From assembly GCF_009914755.1 (NCBI RefSeq), contig NC_060931.1: a stretch of 64,000 bases of DNA; one strand, written 5' to 3'. Made by a program: the position numbers and the translations under genes. This DNA is from the human T2T-CHM13v2.0 reference genome, Homo sapiens. Each line of letters opens with the position of its first letter. Positions within the stretch are counted from its first letter, which is position 1. Below the pieces are notes generated by a model. That model made no database searches and was not told the DNA's origin. It worked only from the letters and a program-made list of their open reading frames with translations. Below, piece by piece: positions 1-12,906 of the stretch.

Positions 1-199
1 GTTGAACAGTGTTTGCCATGAGAGCAGAGTTATAGGCTTTTCTGAATCAGCCTGAGTCCTGTCCTGGAACCTGAGTGACTAAGAATTACAGATAATAACT
101 GTCCAATTTTCACTCTAGTAAAAGAAGAATTTATACCCAATAATTTAAATAGCAGCTAAAATCCAATTATAAAAAGTTTCATGGTAATATCCAGAAACT

Positions 200-919
200 T
201 TCTTTATATGTAAGTTTTATTGTACTGTAGATTATCTTGAGCTTGCTTAAGAGAAATGGTCTGCAATCTAGGGCTATCAGTATTTAGGAAACAAAACTAA
301 AAACCTAGGTAAAGTACCAAAGAGCATACAGAATTGAAGTTGCCACATAGGTGTTGCTCAAAATGTTTTATATTTGTTTACATTTGAAACTGCAATTTTT
401 GTATAGTAGCACTTCTAATTTTGGTCTATGTTGAGTTAGCTCACTGTTCTGCAATGTTGAGGCAAGCAGATAATGATCCCAGAGTTTGAAGAATATAAAA
501 GACAAACACAAAAACAAATTATCTACAGCATCCATAAGTGCTGCATTCTTAGCCCTTTTAAAAGTACAATCCATGGGATCATTTTTCAAATGGATTAGAA
601 CTTTCAATAGGTAAAAATTACTAAATTGTTTGCAAAATTATTTTTTTCAAGATTATGCTGATATTTATCTATAAGGAAATGTGCCAAAGATTAGAGATCA
701 GACTGCAGTTGGTGAAAATGTTTCTCATCAAAATTATTTAAAGATCTTCTGGCATAAATATGGTCTGATATTCTTACTGGTGGGGCAGAGATCAGACTAC
801 ACTTGTGAAAGCAATCCTTCCTGAGTGATGAAGAGCTGATAGAATTGGTCAGAGTTTCGTTACTCTGCTGGGAAAGTTTGTTTTGACAGTGTTGATGGAC
901 ACCATGGATTGTAGGTTTC
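200..919 (-). ncRNA. Candidate terminal exon of a minus-strand spliced transcript (probably non-coding)
   Basis: Minus-strand acceptor ctcattttatcctttAG|GAAACC (AG at 921-920) and AATAAA at 221-216. One frame stays open to TAA at 693-691, but the peptide is unrecognised. Motif evidence only. Confidence 0.3.
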
Positions 920-1839
920 CTAAAGGATAAAATGAGCCTGGGCTTGATTTTTAGCAAGCAGATTGAAAAAACCCACTGTGCTGCAGTCTCCACTTTCAAA
1001 TTTGATTAGCTGTGGGATAATTACTATTTCAACTTCTTACAGTATTAACAGTTATCAGTTTCTATTTTGAGAGGGTTTTTCTGTCAAAATAATACTTCAA
1101 ACACCGGGAAATTTAGATAGAATGACTGTATCTACTTGGCTATTAAATACAAAAATAACCTTAATGTTATTTAAAATTGCCTCATCACAGTTTCCTGGTT
1201 GACAAAGTGTGTATTAAAATAATAGTGCCTTCCCTATAGGTTTGTATGTGAATCAGGCAAGTCAGAATTGTGCCATACACCTAGCACACACTCAATAAAT
1301 AATATTGTTTATTAAATTATTCAATTGTAAATAGTTTTGGACTTTTCAAGCAATGCTGTGTAATTTTTTTCTTTGTATAATATCCTTTTAAAATTTTGGA
1401 GGGGGCGTTTATGAGTTTTTTGGCATACAAAAACTGATTCACAGAAAATAGTCTCAGATATGAAGGAGGGCAGGATGATTAGACTAGATGGGATGAGATA
1501 TGATATCCTGATTAGTAGGAAACCAAAAAATGGTTAGTTCTGTTTGAAAATTCATTTGTATGGCTGATTGGCATGTAGACATAAAAAAATGGTCATGAAC
1601 TGACTTGTTCACTTTTCAACTAATTTAAGGATTATAAAAACTTAATGACCACATGCTGTTAAAATTCCATTTAGAAATTAGCAATTGATTATGTGGCACA
1701 TTGCAATTCTTAAGCTCTCTTCATTAGTAGAGAGTGTAATCTAATCACATTTGCAGAGCTAAAACTATGCCTTTGGATAGATAGATAGTCTGGAACCAGG
1801 AGACTTGGTCCTCCCTGATTGTCAGGGTAAAATACTTAC

Positions 1840-1956
1840 CTCTATTCAGCGTCTCGTAAAGGCCTTTCTTCTGTGATCTCAGAAACTCAGCTAGGCCAAG
1901 GTGTTAATGGCTTAATTATGCTTACCAGGACTGTTTTCATTTGAAAGGAAAAAAGC
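1840..1956 (-). ncRNA. Candidate 117-nt internal exon (alternative donor would give 31 nt)
   Basis: Acceptor tgttgtgtttatAG|G at 1958-1957, consensus donor GAG|GTAAGTA at 1839, second donor CTG|GTAAGC at 1925. The 117-nt form has stops in all three frames. Confidence 0.3.
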
Positions 1957-2577
1957 CTATAAACACAACAGTGATTGAATAAATAGCAGCTTAGGAAGAA
2001 TTTCAGTAACCTAGAGAATAATTTTTTTTGGAGTTTGGATTATTAAATAGATAACTGCTTATTCGTTCTTTCTCTTTCTGTATATATGTACATAAAATGT
2101 TTACATATAGATATACATAATATATATACACACATACACACATATATATCATGAATATGTTCTATGATGAAATGTGTATTTATATATATGCATATACCTT
2201 CCCAGCCCCCAGCCTCTACATATTTATAGTCTTTGATCATTCTGGGGATCCCACTGAATGTTTGAATGTCTTGGAGAATGACTGAAAACTCTCCATACTG
2301 GGCAGTTGGAGATATAATGTGTGGAAATTGTTGAGTTTAAGACTCCTCTGTTTTTCTTTGCCCCACTTTGGGAGTTTAACTGTGTGTATGCCCTGTCATT
2401 ACTCAGCAAATAATGAGGAGGATGCCTATGCAGATGTCTGGAGCTCTTTTTCTGCATAGCTCTCTTCTCCCTGGAAGTCTGCTGTGTGTATGTCAGCCAA
2501 CTCCACCTCCCCAAATCCTATGGTATCTGGCATTTACTATCATTTTTCTGGGTTATGTAACCTCTAGCATCACTTAC

Positions 2578-2612
2578 TGTTGTGTAAGTGATGTTTTTCT
2601 AAAAATTAAACT
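2578..2612 (-). ncRNA. Candidate 35-nt exon
   Basis: Strong acceptor tatttgttttccttgcAG| at 2614-2613 and donor ACA|GTAAGTG at 2577. Confidence 0.3.
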
Positions 2613-4904
2613 CTGCAAGGAAAACAAATATGCAGTTATTTTCCTCAGATAAATACTTTGTAAACTATACAATTGAGTACAGTCTCAGAATTTATACCAA
2701 CTTTGTGGAAGAGAAAATTAGTAAAGTTTAATTATAATAATTTATTTTTATTAAAAAAAGAGTTGATGTATGTCCCAACAGAACCACATCACGCACATTT
2801 TTTTACTCCAAATTATATATAGTAGTAATTGTAAAGATTAAAGTTATAAAAATGGATTCTGTAAGTCATATTAAAATATCCATAGCCATAAAGTAATATT
2901 TCTTATATATATTATAGTTACACATCTCTCTCCTTTTATATGTCTCATGAAGTTGGCTAAATATATATTTTTTTCTAAATCTTTTAAATTAAGCCCACCC
3001 AAATTAAGTACTCAGTGGAGTATTAGAAGTTTTTCTTTCTTTTTTAAAATTCAAACACAGAGTTTAAATTGTGTTCAGTGTGATGTTGGTGTTTCTGATG
3101 GAGGAGAGTCATTTAGCATTAGAAAATTTGAAGGGTGCCAAGTTTCACTTCGCAATTTTATTTAGGGTAGGACTTAATATACATTTCAGCTCAATGCATA
3201 AAAACATGGGTTTGTTGTTGTTGTTGTTTTTCACTTCAACAACTACCTGAGGTGTTTGCCCAAGAAGAGGAAAAGCTTTGATGGGACAGGAGAAAAGCAA
3301 AGGATGGCTTTTGATTAAACTATTTTGCATTAAGTAGTAAATGATAGTTTGAGGCAATGACAAATTTGCATATGAAATTATTTATCTTAGTAATTCAGAT
3401 AATAAATGCATCTGTCTCTGTCTGTCTCTCTAATCTTTTTTTGATATCATATCTAGAGCACATCTTTAATCAATTTTAATTACCCATTTTCCTTCTGAAT
3501 TTAATATATATGGAGATGAAAATTCTAAATGTTTTTAAACTGTTCAGCTTTCTGGCAACAAAATGTGTAAAACAAAGAGCTGATTTAAACAGTAGAAACA
3601 TACCTACATTATGAATTATTACCATTATTAACATCTTTATATCAATGATTGAGCTCTTACTACCTATCACTGTCATACTAAAGTTATAGTGGGATGTTCA
3701 TCCTTAAGAGATTTTAAAGCCCTCTTGGAAACTGATTATTTCGTTCCATTCACAAATGTTGAATGCATTCTAAAAGGAGTTGAAAATTCCTATTAATCAA
3801 TCTTTAACAATAAAAAAGTTCTGGTACATTGGATATATTATTTGGCTTGTCCAATGTAAAGATTGCATCTATAAATATTGCTAGCTATCTGGATTACTCA
3901 TGCCCAACTGCACTTTTAATTAGTGTATTGACTTTTTAAATTTTTTTAAAGTGTTTTACATTCATGAAATTACATTCTATGCTCATTCAGAATGAAAATG
4001 TTCTTGTCATTTTCTCTCTGTCACTTGATGACCAGCATTTAAAACAGGCAAAGTATACCCAAATTTCAGTGATAATTTATATCAAAGAAGAATACTGTTT
4101 TTACTTTTATTTCTATCTCAGAATAAAATTTGTTAGAAACAATCATTTGAAGATGGGGGTTCAAGACACTTTCTAAAAGTTAAATGTGTGTTTATATTAA
4201 CACGGTTTATTGGATTTTAATATTCTGTTGATCCAATAACTTGCTTTGAGCTCCTTTTTTTTTCTTATTGGAAAAACAAATTTTCTCCTTAGCATTCACA
4301 TGTATATTAAAGAGTAAATTTTAAACTCATATAAAGATAGTAAATATCATAGAAGGTACAATTGCAAATAGCCTATGTCACTTAATAGAGTAAGGGGCTG
4401 AACTCTGCAAAGCCAGTGTCTTTATATTAAAATATGATTTATTAATTTAGAACATGTTTACTGATTATCTTCACAGTGTATAAGATATACTATGGTGTAT
4501 AGGACAATTATGTAAAAGATATAAGGTGTACATACACATAACTATTAAATAAGATTGGGTTTTCCAAAAACAGATTCAGAGGGCAAGCCATCAGAGTAAG
4601 GGGCATGACAGTTCCTTTCTTGGTTTGCAGTGAAGGTAAAATTTGATCTTGACTTGAGCAGAATCTAGATGTGGTGATGATAGGAGGCATTACCAGCAAA
4701 GGAGACAATTATATCAAAGGTACGGAGCCTGCTATTTATGAGATATTTACTGGATGTGAGATTTTGATTAGAAGCCAAGCTGAATATAATGAAATAGCAG
4801 AAAGAAAGGCTAAAAGACAAGTGGGACAGATAAAAAAAGGATTTGAATAGCAGATTTAAAAGTTTGGTTTTTACCCACTAGGTGATGAAGAACGACTTTA
4901 ATAA

Positions 4905-4992
4905 TACTAATGAATGCTATTGCTTAACATCTACTGAATTATTACTCTATGTCACGTCCTATTCTAAGTACCTCACATGTATTAGCTCATTT
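4905..4992 (-). mobile_element. MIR, first fragment (split by L1MA)
   Basis: ctattctaagtacctcacatgtattagctcattt resembles the MIR tail; similarity resumes at about 6143. Confidence 0.6.
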
Positions 4993-6142
4993 CTTTTTTT
5001 ATTATAGTAAATGAATTTATTGTGTAGATATAAGGCATACAATATGATATTATGGGATATATGTGGATAGTAAAAAGTTAGTGTAGTATAGCAAATCAAC
5101 ATACCCATCATCTCACATACTTACTCATCTTTTGTGTTTTTTTGTGGCAAGAGCAGCTAAATTTTCATTTAGTATGAATCCCATGTACAGTGAAATTATA
5201 TTATCTATAGTCCTCATGTTGTACATTAGATCTCTAGACTTGTTTCTCCTACATATCTGCTACTTTGTATCCACTGAACTGTATCTCTCCATTTCCTGTT
5301 CCACCCCGGTAACCACTGCTTTATTATCTATCTCTGTATACTTGAATGCTTTTGTCTTTTTTTAGATTCTACATATAAGAGAGATCATGCAATATGTTTC
5401 TTTCTGTGTCTGGCTTATTTTATTTAGCATATCTTTCAGGCTTATTCATGTTGTGGCAATTGACAAGTCTAATTCTCAATTATTTTTTGAGGCTGAATAA
5501 TACTTTATTGTATACATGCACTGCAGTTTCTTTATCAGTTCATCTGTTGACAGACACTTAAGTTGTTTCCATATTGTATTAGTCAATTTTCGTGCTGCTG
5601 ATAAAGACACACCCAAGACTGGGAAGAAAAAGAGGTTAAATGAACTTGTAGTTCCACATGGCTGGGGGGCCTCACACTTATGGTGGAAGGCAAGGAGGAG
5701 CCAGTTAACGTCTTACATGGATGGTGGTAGGCAAAGAGAGATCTCGTGTAGGGAAACTCCCGTTTTTAAAACCATCAGATCTTGTGAGACTTATTCACTA
5801 TCACAAGAACAGCATGGGAAAGACCCACACCCATGATTCAATTACCTCCCACCAGGTCCCTCCCACAACACATAGGATTCAAGTTGAGATTTTGGTGGGG
5901 ACACAGCCAAATCATATCACATATCTTGGCTATTTTGAATAATTCTGCAGTGAAAATGGGAGTGCAGGTATCCTTGTGAGTCAGAAATTTCATTTCCTTT
6001 GAGTATGCACTCAGAAGAGGGATTGCTGAGTCATGTGGTAGTTCCATCTTCAATTTCTTTATGAACCTCTGTACTATTTTCTGTAATGGCTGTACCAATC
6101 TACATTCTCACAAACAGTGTACCAAGTTTCTTTTTCTACACA
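4993..6142 (-). mobile_element. L1MA-type 3' end, interrupted by THE1B
   Basis: T-tract followed by antisense L1 3'UTR motifs (ttagattctacatataagagagatcatgcaat; ggctgtaccaatctacattc). Confidence 0.85.
5575..5919 (-). mobile_element. THE1B-like MaLR solo LTR
   Basis: tgtattagtc...catatca termini and 5-bp TSD CATAT (5570-5574, 5920-5924). Confidence 0.92.
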
Positions 6143-6271
6143 ATTAGCTCTGTGAGTTGATTCTGTAATTATCCTTAGTGCATAGATAAGGAAACAGAGA
6201 TCCTGAATAGTTTAGAATCTTGTCCTATGTCAAACAACTACTAAATGGTTGAACTCAGTCTTTCTCTGGAG
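6143..6271 (-). mobile_element. MIR, second fragment
   Basis: MIR core-like atagataaggaaacagaga...cttgtcctatgtcaaacaacta; weak similarity continues after MER3. Confidence 0.6.
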
Positions 6272-6449
6272 CAACACTGTCCAGTAGAACTTTCTGTGAT
6301 GATGGAAATGTTCTGTATCTGTGTTGTCTGTTATGGCAGCCACTAGCCCCATGTGGCTGCTGAGCACTTGAAATGTCACTAGTGACTATTGATTATTTAC
6401 ATTTAAATAGCCACACCTTGCTTAGTAGTTGGCTTACTGAACAGCAAAT
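6272..6449 (+). mobile_element. MER3 (hAT-Charlie MITE)
   Basis: ctgtccagtagaactttctgtgatgatggaaatgttc...gagcacttgaaatg; 8-bp TSD CTCTGGAG/TTCTGGAG (6264-6271, 6450-6457). Confidence 0.88.
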
Positions 6450-6522
6450 TTCTGGAGTATACTCTCTTTGCCATTATATTTTTGAACAGAGAAGAGAAGT
6501 TCTTACAATGATGCTATATAGC

Positions 6523-6794
6523 AGCACTTTCCAAAGCATCTTCTATGGAACATTGTTACAAGAGATGATTTCACTTTAAAAAGTTTAAAATCCAAGTAAG
6601 AGAGGGAAAAACTGCATGGTATTTTCTCTTATTGAAAGCTCACTTTCACATTAGTATATTTTAGCCTCTTCCATAAATATATAAATTTTAACTTTAAAAA
6701 AGTCTAGTTTTTCCATAACTTATTTGGCCAGAGACTTTTATTCACCTAACACAGTGAACTAGTATTTTGCTTAAGATACTATGAGGCAACGCTG
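6523..6794. mobile_element. hAT-Charlie MITE, MER103-like
   Basis: Termini cagcactttccaaag...gaggcaacgctg and internal cacattagtatatt, ccataacttatttggcca. Highly diverged. Confidence 0.5.
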
Positions 6795-6946
6795 CTCTAG
6801 GATGATCAAAATGGCAGTAGGAATTAGAAGGCGATGCAGTGAGGAGACACCAAAGTCTTCATAGCCATGTGGCTGATTACTGACTGTGGCTAGGTGAAAA
6901 TTAATCAATATTTTAACTGGGCATATGACAGCAAGAATGGAAAGTG

Positions 6947-6948
<2 letters not shown>

Positions 6949-6979
<31 letters not shown>

Positions 6980-7001
6980 TGTGTGTCTGTGTGTCTGTGT
7001 G
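6949..7001. repeat. (GT)n microsatellite decaying into GTGTGTCT units
   Basis: Directly visible. Confidence 0.95.
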
Positions 7002-7089
7002 CCTGCTATGTCTTTGTATGTATGGTGTCTGAAGTGGGGGACATGTTTATGAAGTTTAATAGAATTTCAAGTTTTATTAGCTGGAACGA

Positions 7090-7345
7090 TGGCTTGATGT
7101 TATAATCAGGTTGAAGTGTTTGTAGAACAAGTACACTTAGCAGATATACTAGGTATATATACAGGCATATCTAGTAGGAAGTTTGAAAAATGTGGTTTGG
7201 GTCTAGAGCATAGAAGAGGGCATGTGGCTGTAGGTGGAGATTTTGGAGTCATCTACATAGAGGAGCTGTTTAAAATGTCGAGGATGAACAAAATTTCTAA
7301 GAGGAAGTGAGCAGACAGAAAAGAAGATGACCAAACATAGGACTT
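7090..7345 (-). mobile_element. L2 fragment
   Basis: ggagattttggagtcatctacatagagg...ggatgaacaaaatttctaagagg resembles L2. Confidence 0.6.
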
Positions 7346-9043
7346 TATATTAAGAGCTTATTTGTAAATTAATGTAGCTTATGAATTGTATGTATGTTTT
7401 TGTATATGTACATTCTATTTAAAATATTCTGATGTAAGAAATAATATAGTTCAAACAAAACTTCCAGACCTAACTGTATATTAATTTTATTATTTATTAG
7501 AAAATTTTCATGTCCAAATATCTCTTTTATTAAGAAGTCAATAAATATACACTGAACACTTACTATATATCAGATATTGTTTTAGGTGTTGTGGGTACAT
7601 CTTTGAACAAAAAGAAAAACCTTTTTACATTCATGAACAGTGATTACATTCACTGAAGATTTTCTAGTCCTTTGACTTATTCAATTTTAGCAATTCCTAA
7701 TTAGTAATTTAGGCAACAATATTTTATCGAGTATACGTTTGTTATCATTTTATGAAATGTATGTATATTATTAGTAATTTAAAGGGAAAGCAGTGAAAAG
7801 CATCCAAAACTTTAAATGGAAAAATGATAAAATGCACTTCTGCATAACATCTCTATTGAATTAAAAATATGAAGAAATAGGCAAATTTGAGTATGTGGGA
7901 CTGTGGAGCTTACAGCAATAATCTTTTTGATAAAAATCAGGCATAATAAATAAATAAATAAAACCATTAAAGATCTTCCACTGGAAAACATTTCCTTAAA
8001 CAAGAACAGAAAATGCGGGTCTGGGAATGTCAGACCCTCAGCTCATGATTCTAATAGTTTTCCCTCCCATTCTACTTAATTACTTTTATAAATTACATAA
8101 GAGAGGTTTTCATGAAGCATGAATCCTTACTCATTTAATTAGGAAGTTAATATAACATGATATAATTTATATATGGCCCTATAAGTTCAGTATATATTCT
8201 TATTTACTAAATATAAACTATATTTATAACATATAAATATGTAAATACATGTTATATAATTATAATTAGTATTTATATAAATATATGTTACATAAATATA
8301 TTAAAACTACAACATTTCATGATATAAGTTGAGGCAAAGTACTAAAAAGTAAAAAGAAAAAATAATAGCTTGGTATAGAAATATTTAATCTTCATAATTA
8401 CTGTTTAAGAAACATTACCATTAAAGGAAAAATCTGTATGCTTCTCGCCCCTCTCTTTATCATTTTAGTAAATATGAACTACCTATTAAGTTAAGGGACT
8501 TCCTCGAAATTTACACATCTTCAGGATCATTATACTAGCCAGGAGATGGCACTAATGCACTTTGTTCTATCTTCCAGAAAGTAACTCTATAAGCCAAAGG
8601 TTACCTTAGCAATGCATTATGTAATATTGTGTAAATTAAGCATTTTGTTTCATTCCACTTTCTACCCTTCAGTTATTTATGCTGCATGTTAAGATTAGTG
8701 TCTATATTAAAAGCTCAATTTGTTTTAAGTCAGGAGCATAATATATGCTTTAACCAAATGAGCTGTTTCATTTTGCAATTTAATAAATGGTCTAGCCTAA
8801 AAAAGAAGTAAAGGAAAAATATTTATGTATGAAAAGTTCAGAGGTTACTAGGTTTGTAAATAATAATAAACTGCATGGATACCAATGGAGATCAAAAAAC
8901 TCTATCTAATTTAGGTTGGGGATAATGATAATGTGAGAACTGCTGTGGCGTTTAATTTCCTTCATCACTTGTAATTCCCATAGTGTTAGTGGATCCCTTT
9001 TTTTTTCTTGTGAAGAAATTTGACTTTTCACATCTAGTAAGTA

Positions 9044-9618
9044 TGAACTAAAAGTATCTGATACAAGCCTCAATCAATTTATGAAGCTTATTTTGCCGAG
9101 GTTAAGGATGCATCCATGACACAGCCTCAGGAGGGCCTGATGACATATGCCCAAGGTGGCTGGGATACAGGTTGCTTTTATACATTGTAGAGAGACATGA
9201 GACATCAATCAATATGTGTAAGATGTACATTGGTTCAGTCTGGAAAGGCGGGACAACTCGAAGTGGGGGCAAGTGTTGGGGGGTGCTTCAAGGTGATAGG
9301 TAGATAAAAGACAAATGGTTGCATTCTTTTCAGTCTTTGATCAGCCTTTCACTGAATACACGATTTATATGTGAGAAGGGGGTAAGGTAATAGTCTCTTA
9401 TGGCTTAGTCTGGCTTAGTGAATCTGCATTTCTATATAAACAATAAGGCAGAAGAATCAATCAGGTATGCATTTGTCTCTGGTGAGCAGAAGAATGACTA
9501 TGAGTTCTGTCCTTTGTCCTGCACTTGTGAAGATAAGCTATCAATTTACATTGCCAGTGTGAAATTCAGCAGAACTATTTTAGGGTAAAGATCTTGAGGC
9601 CCACAAGGAATTTCCTTG
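9044..9618 (-). mobile_element. MER4A-like ERV1 LTR
   Basis: aaaagtatctgatacaagcctcaatcaattta; gacacagcctcaggagg; gagacatgagacatcaatcaata; gaggcccacaaggaatttccttg. Confidence 0.8.
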
Positions 9619-9619
9619 C

Positions 9620-9873
9620 TTTCCTGTCTTGCCACTAAACCTAATATATCAAAATAACCTGCTTTGGGCCATACTCTGAGCCTGCATTCTTTCTATAACT
9701 TTCTATAACTTCAAAATAGTATATAAGTTTCTGTACCTTACTGGTGGGTTGGGTCATCATCTTGAAGGCTCTCATGTATACATGTTAAATAAATTTGTGT
9801 GCCTTTCCTCCTACTAATCAATATGCCTCATGTCAGTGATTTTTCAGCAAAACTTTAGGGGGCAAGCCCCCAT
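9620..9873 (+). mobile_element. MER4-group LTR 3' part (MER39/MER49-like)
   Basis: ttaaataaatttgtgtgcctt...gcctcatgtcagtgatttttcagcaaaac U5-type motif; subfamily uncertain. Confidence 0.55.
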
Positions 9874-9874
9874 A

Positions 9875-11545
9875 GTTTGCTTTCTTATTATTGAGTTTTG
9901 ATTTTTTTAATACATATGCTCTAGGTAGATATACTTTATGGGTTATATAATTTATAAATATTTTCCCATTCTGAGGTTTACATTTTCATGTTCCTTAGAG
10001 TGTGTTTTAAAGAGCAGAAGTTTTTATTTTTGAAGTTTATATTATTAATTTTTTCTTTTATGTATTGTGCTTTTGGTGTAATGGCTAAGAAATCTTGGCC
10101 TAATCCAAAGAAAAAATAATTTGTTCTATGTTTTCATATAGAAATTGTAGAATTTTAGGTTTTATATTTGTATATTTGTCATTTAGGTATATATGACACA
10201 TTTTGAGTTACTTTTTTATATGGTTTAAATTTTGGATCCCAGTTCATATGATTTTGCATGGGTAACCAATTGTTTCTGCACCATTTGTTGGTAAAATTCT
10301 TCTTTCTTCACTGAATCCCCTTTGCACCTTTGTATAAATTTACTTGCTTATATATTTGGAAGCTATATCTGGACCCTTCTTCTGTTGATCTGTTTGTCTA
10401 TCTTGATGTCGATGTTACACTGTGTTAATTACTGTATTTTTGTAATGTCTTGAAATGACATAGTGTATTTTTCCAACTTTATCTTTTTCTAAGTTATTTT
10501 GTATATTCCAAATCATTGGCATTTCTATACCAATTTCAGAATCAGCTTCTTAATATCTACCAAGAAAAACCTGAACAAGACAAAAAACAAATCCTGCTGG
10601 ATCTTTGATTGTGATTGCATTCTTACTGTGGGAGATGAGCCCGTGATTTTGAAGTTTTTCTTCTTTTCTCACTAAATATCTCACTAGATATTTAATGTTG
10701 TGCATTTTCTTTTAATTTCTACTTTAGTGACATCCCATAAATTGTTATATATTTTATTTTCATTTTCATTAAGATCAAAATACTTTTTAATTTTTCATTT
10801 AATTTCTTCTTTGACCCATGCGTTACTTAGAATTGTGTTTTTTGTTTTCAGATGTTTGGAGATTTTCATGATATATTCTTCTTATTTATTTCTAATTTAA
10901 TTCCACTGTGTTCAGAAATTATACATTGTATGACTTAAATCCTTTTCAATTATTGTGACTTGTTTTATGGACAAGAATATGTTTCTGCATATACTTGTGA
11001 AGAATGTGTAGTCTGCTTCTGTTGGATAGAGTATTTTATAAACATAAATTAGATAAAATTGATCGTTAGAATTGTTCGTATTATTTATATTCTTACTGAG
11101 TTACCATTGTTCTATCAGTTATTGACATGGGTTATTGAAATCTCTGACTATACTGGATGATTTGTCTGTTTTTTCCTTGCAGCCTGTCAGTTTGTGCTGT
11201 ATGTATTTTGAAGCTCTGTTATGAGATATATAAATGTCTAGAATTATTATGTCATTTTAATAACCTGCTTGTCATTAAGACATGAACCTCTTAATATTTT
11301 TGTTATAAAATTTACTTTCTCTAATATTAATATAGCCATTTAGCCAGTCCAGATTTGTAGTTATTGGTAGCAGAGTATATATTTTTTATACTCTTATTTT
11401 TAGCCATTTTTATATTTAAATTGGGTTTCTTATAAGCAACATATAGTTGGTATTTTTTTTGCTTTTTTTTTTGTCCAACATGACAATCTCTGCCTTTTAA
11501 TTGGGGTATTTAGGCCAATTACATTTAATGTGATTATAGATAGGG
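9875..11545 (-). mobile_element. Old L1M fragments
   Basis: T-rich antisense L1 motifs (tgtgcttttggtgtaatggctaagaaatc; gcaccatttgttg; tgacaatctctgccttttaattgggg); probably two pieces joined near 10630. Confidence 0.75.
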
Positions 11546-12055
11546 TCAGTTCCATTAAAGGATATATCATGTTTAACGTACATATCCACAAAATAGATCT
11601 TTGGACTTTCTTCCTTTAATCTTTTTTTAAGCTGGATGTGGTTGGCATATTACTTAGTTGCATAATTATCCCTGCACCTCAGCTCATAAATTGGATGACC
11701 ATATGACCTATCATCCAACCCAGCACTCTTTTGAGAAAGAAAGGTGTTTTCTTAATTATATTTTTGGGGTAATTGGTAAAAACGTTAGAAAATTCTGGTC
11801 AAACAAGGTAATACATTCACCTTTTTATAACTTTATACATATTTCCTTGTGTGCCTGCTTATACAGACCTTTTGAGTGAACATGAAGTTTGAGAGGGCAG
11901 GCCTAGTCATCATAGACTTATCATCTCATATTTACTGCTACTAGTGTCAATATGAGGTTATATGGAACAACATAAAGAGCAAGATTATCAGACACCTGCA
12001 ATTTCAGCAGTACATGTTTGTCAAGAGTCACTGAAGAATATAAAAAGACAAAGTA

Positions 12056-12701
12056 CAAATTTACAAGAAAAAAACAAACAACCCCATCAAAAAGTGGGCA
12101 AAGGATATGAACAGACACTTCTCAAAAGAAGACATTTATGCAGCCAAAAGACACATGAAAAAATGCTCATCATCACTGACCATCAGAGAAATGCAAATCA
12201 AAACCACAATGAGATACCATCTCACACCAGTTAGAATGGCGATCATTAAAAAGTCAGGAAACAACAGGTGCTGGAGAGGATGTGGAGAAATAGGAACACT
12301 TACACTATTGGTGGGACTGTAAACTAGTTCAACCATTGTGGAAGTCAGGGTGGCTATTCCTCAGGGATCTAGAACTAGAAATACCATTTGACCCAGCCAT
12401 CCCATTACTGGGTATATACCCAGATAAATCATGCTGCTATAAAGACACATGCACATGTATGTTTATAGCGGCACTATTCACAATAGCAAAGACTTGGAAC
12501 CAACCCAAATGTCCAACAATGATAGACCGGATTAAGAAAATGTGGCACATATACACCATGGAATACTATGCAGCCATAAAAAATGATGAGTTCATGTCCT
12601 TTGTAGGGACATGGATGAGGCTGGAAACCATAATTCTCAGCAAACCATCGCAAGGACAAAAAACCAAACACCGCATGTTCTCACTCATAGGTGGGAATTG
12701 A
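12056..12701 (+). pseudogene. Frameshifted L1 ORF2p C-terminal remnant
   Basis: Peptides [14 protein letters not shown]...[11 protein letters not shown] and LELEIPFDPAIPLLGIYP...HRMFSLIGGN lie in separate ORFs. Confidence 0.93.
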
Positions 12702-12906
12702 ACAATGAGAACACTTGGACACAGGAAGGGGAACATCACACACCGGGGCCTGTTGTGGGGTGGGGGGAGTGGGAGGGATAGCATTAGGAGATATACCTAA
12801 TGTAAATGACGAGTTACTGGGTGCAGCACACCAACATGGCACATGTATACATATGTAACAAACCTGCACATTGTGCACATGCACCCTAAAACTTACAGTA
12901 TAATTA
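12056..12906 (+). mobile_element. 5'-truncated L1PA (L1PA3/4-like), about 850 bp
   Basis: ORF2 C-terminus plus 3'UTR; 14-bp TSD AAAAAGACAAAGTA / AAAAAGAAAAAGTA (12042-12055, 12907-12920). Confidence 0.95.

Noticed and set aside
8150-8310. Extremely AT-rich quasi-palindromic tract
   Set aside because: Low-complexity TA-rich sequence with no defined unit or boundaries.
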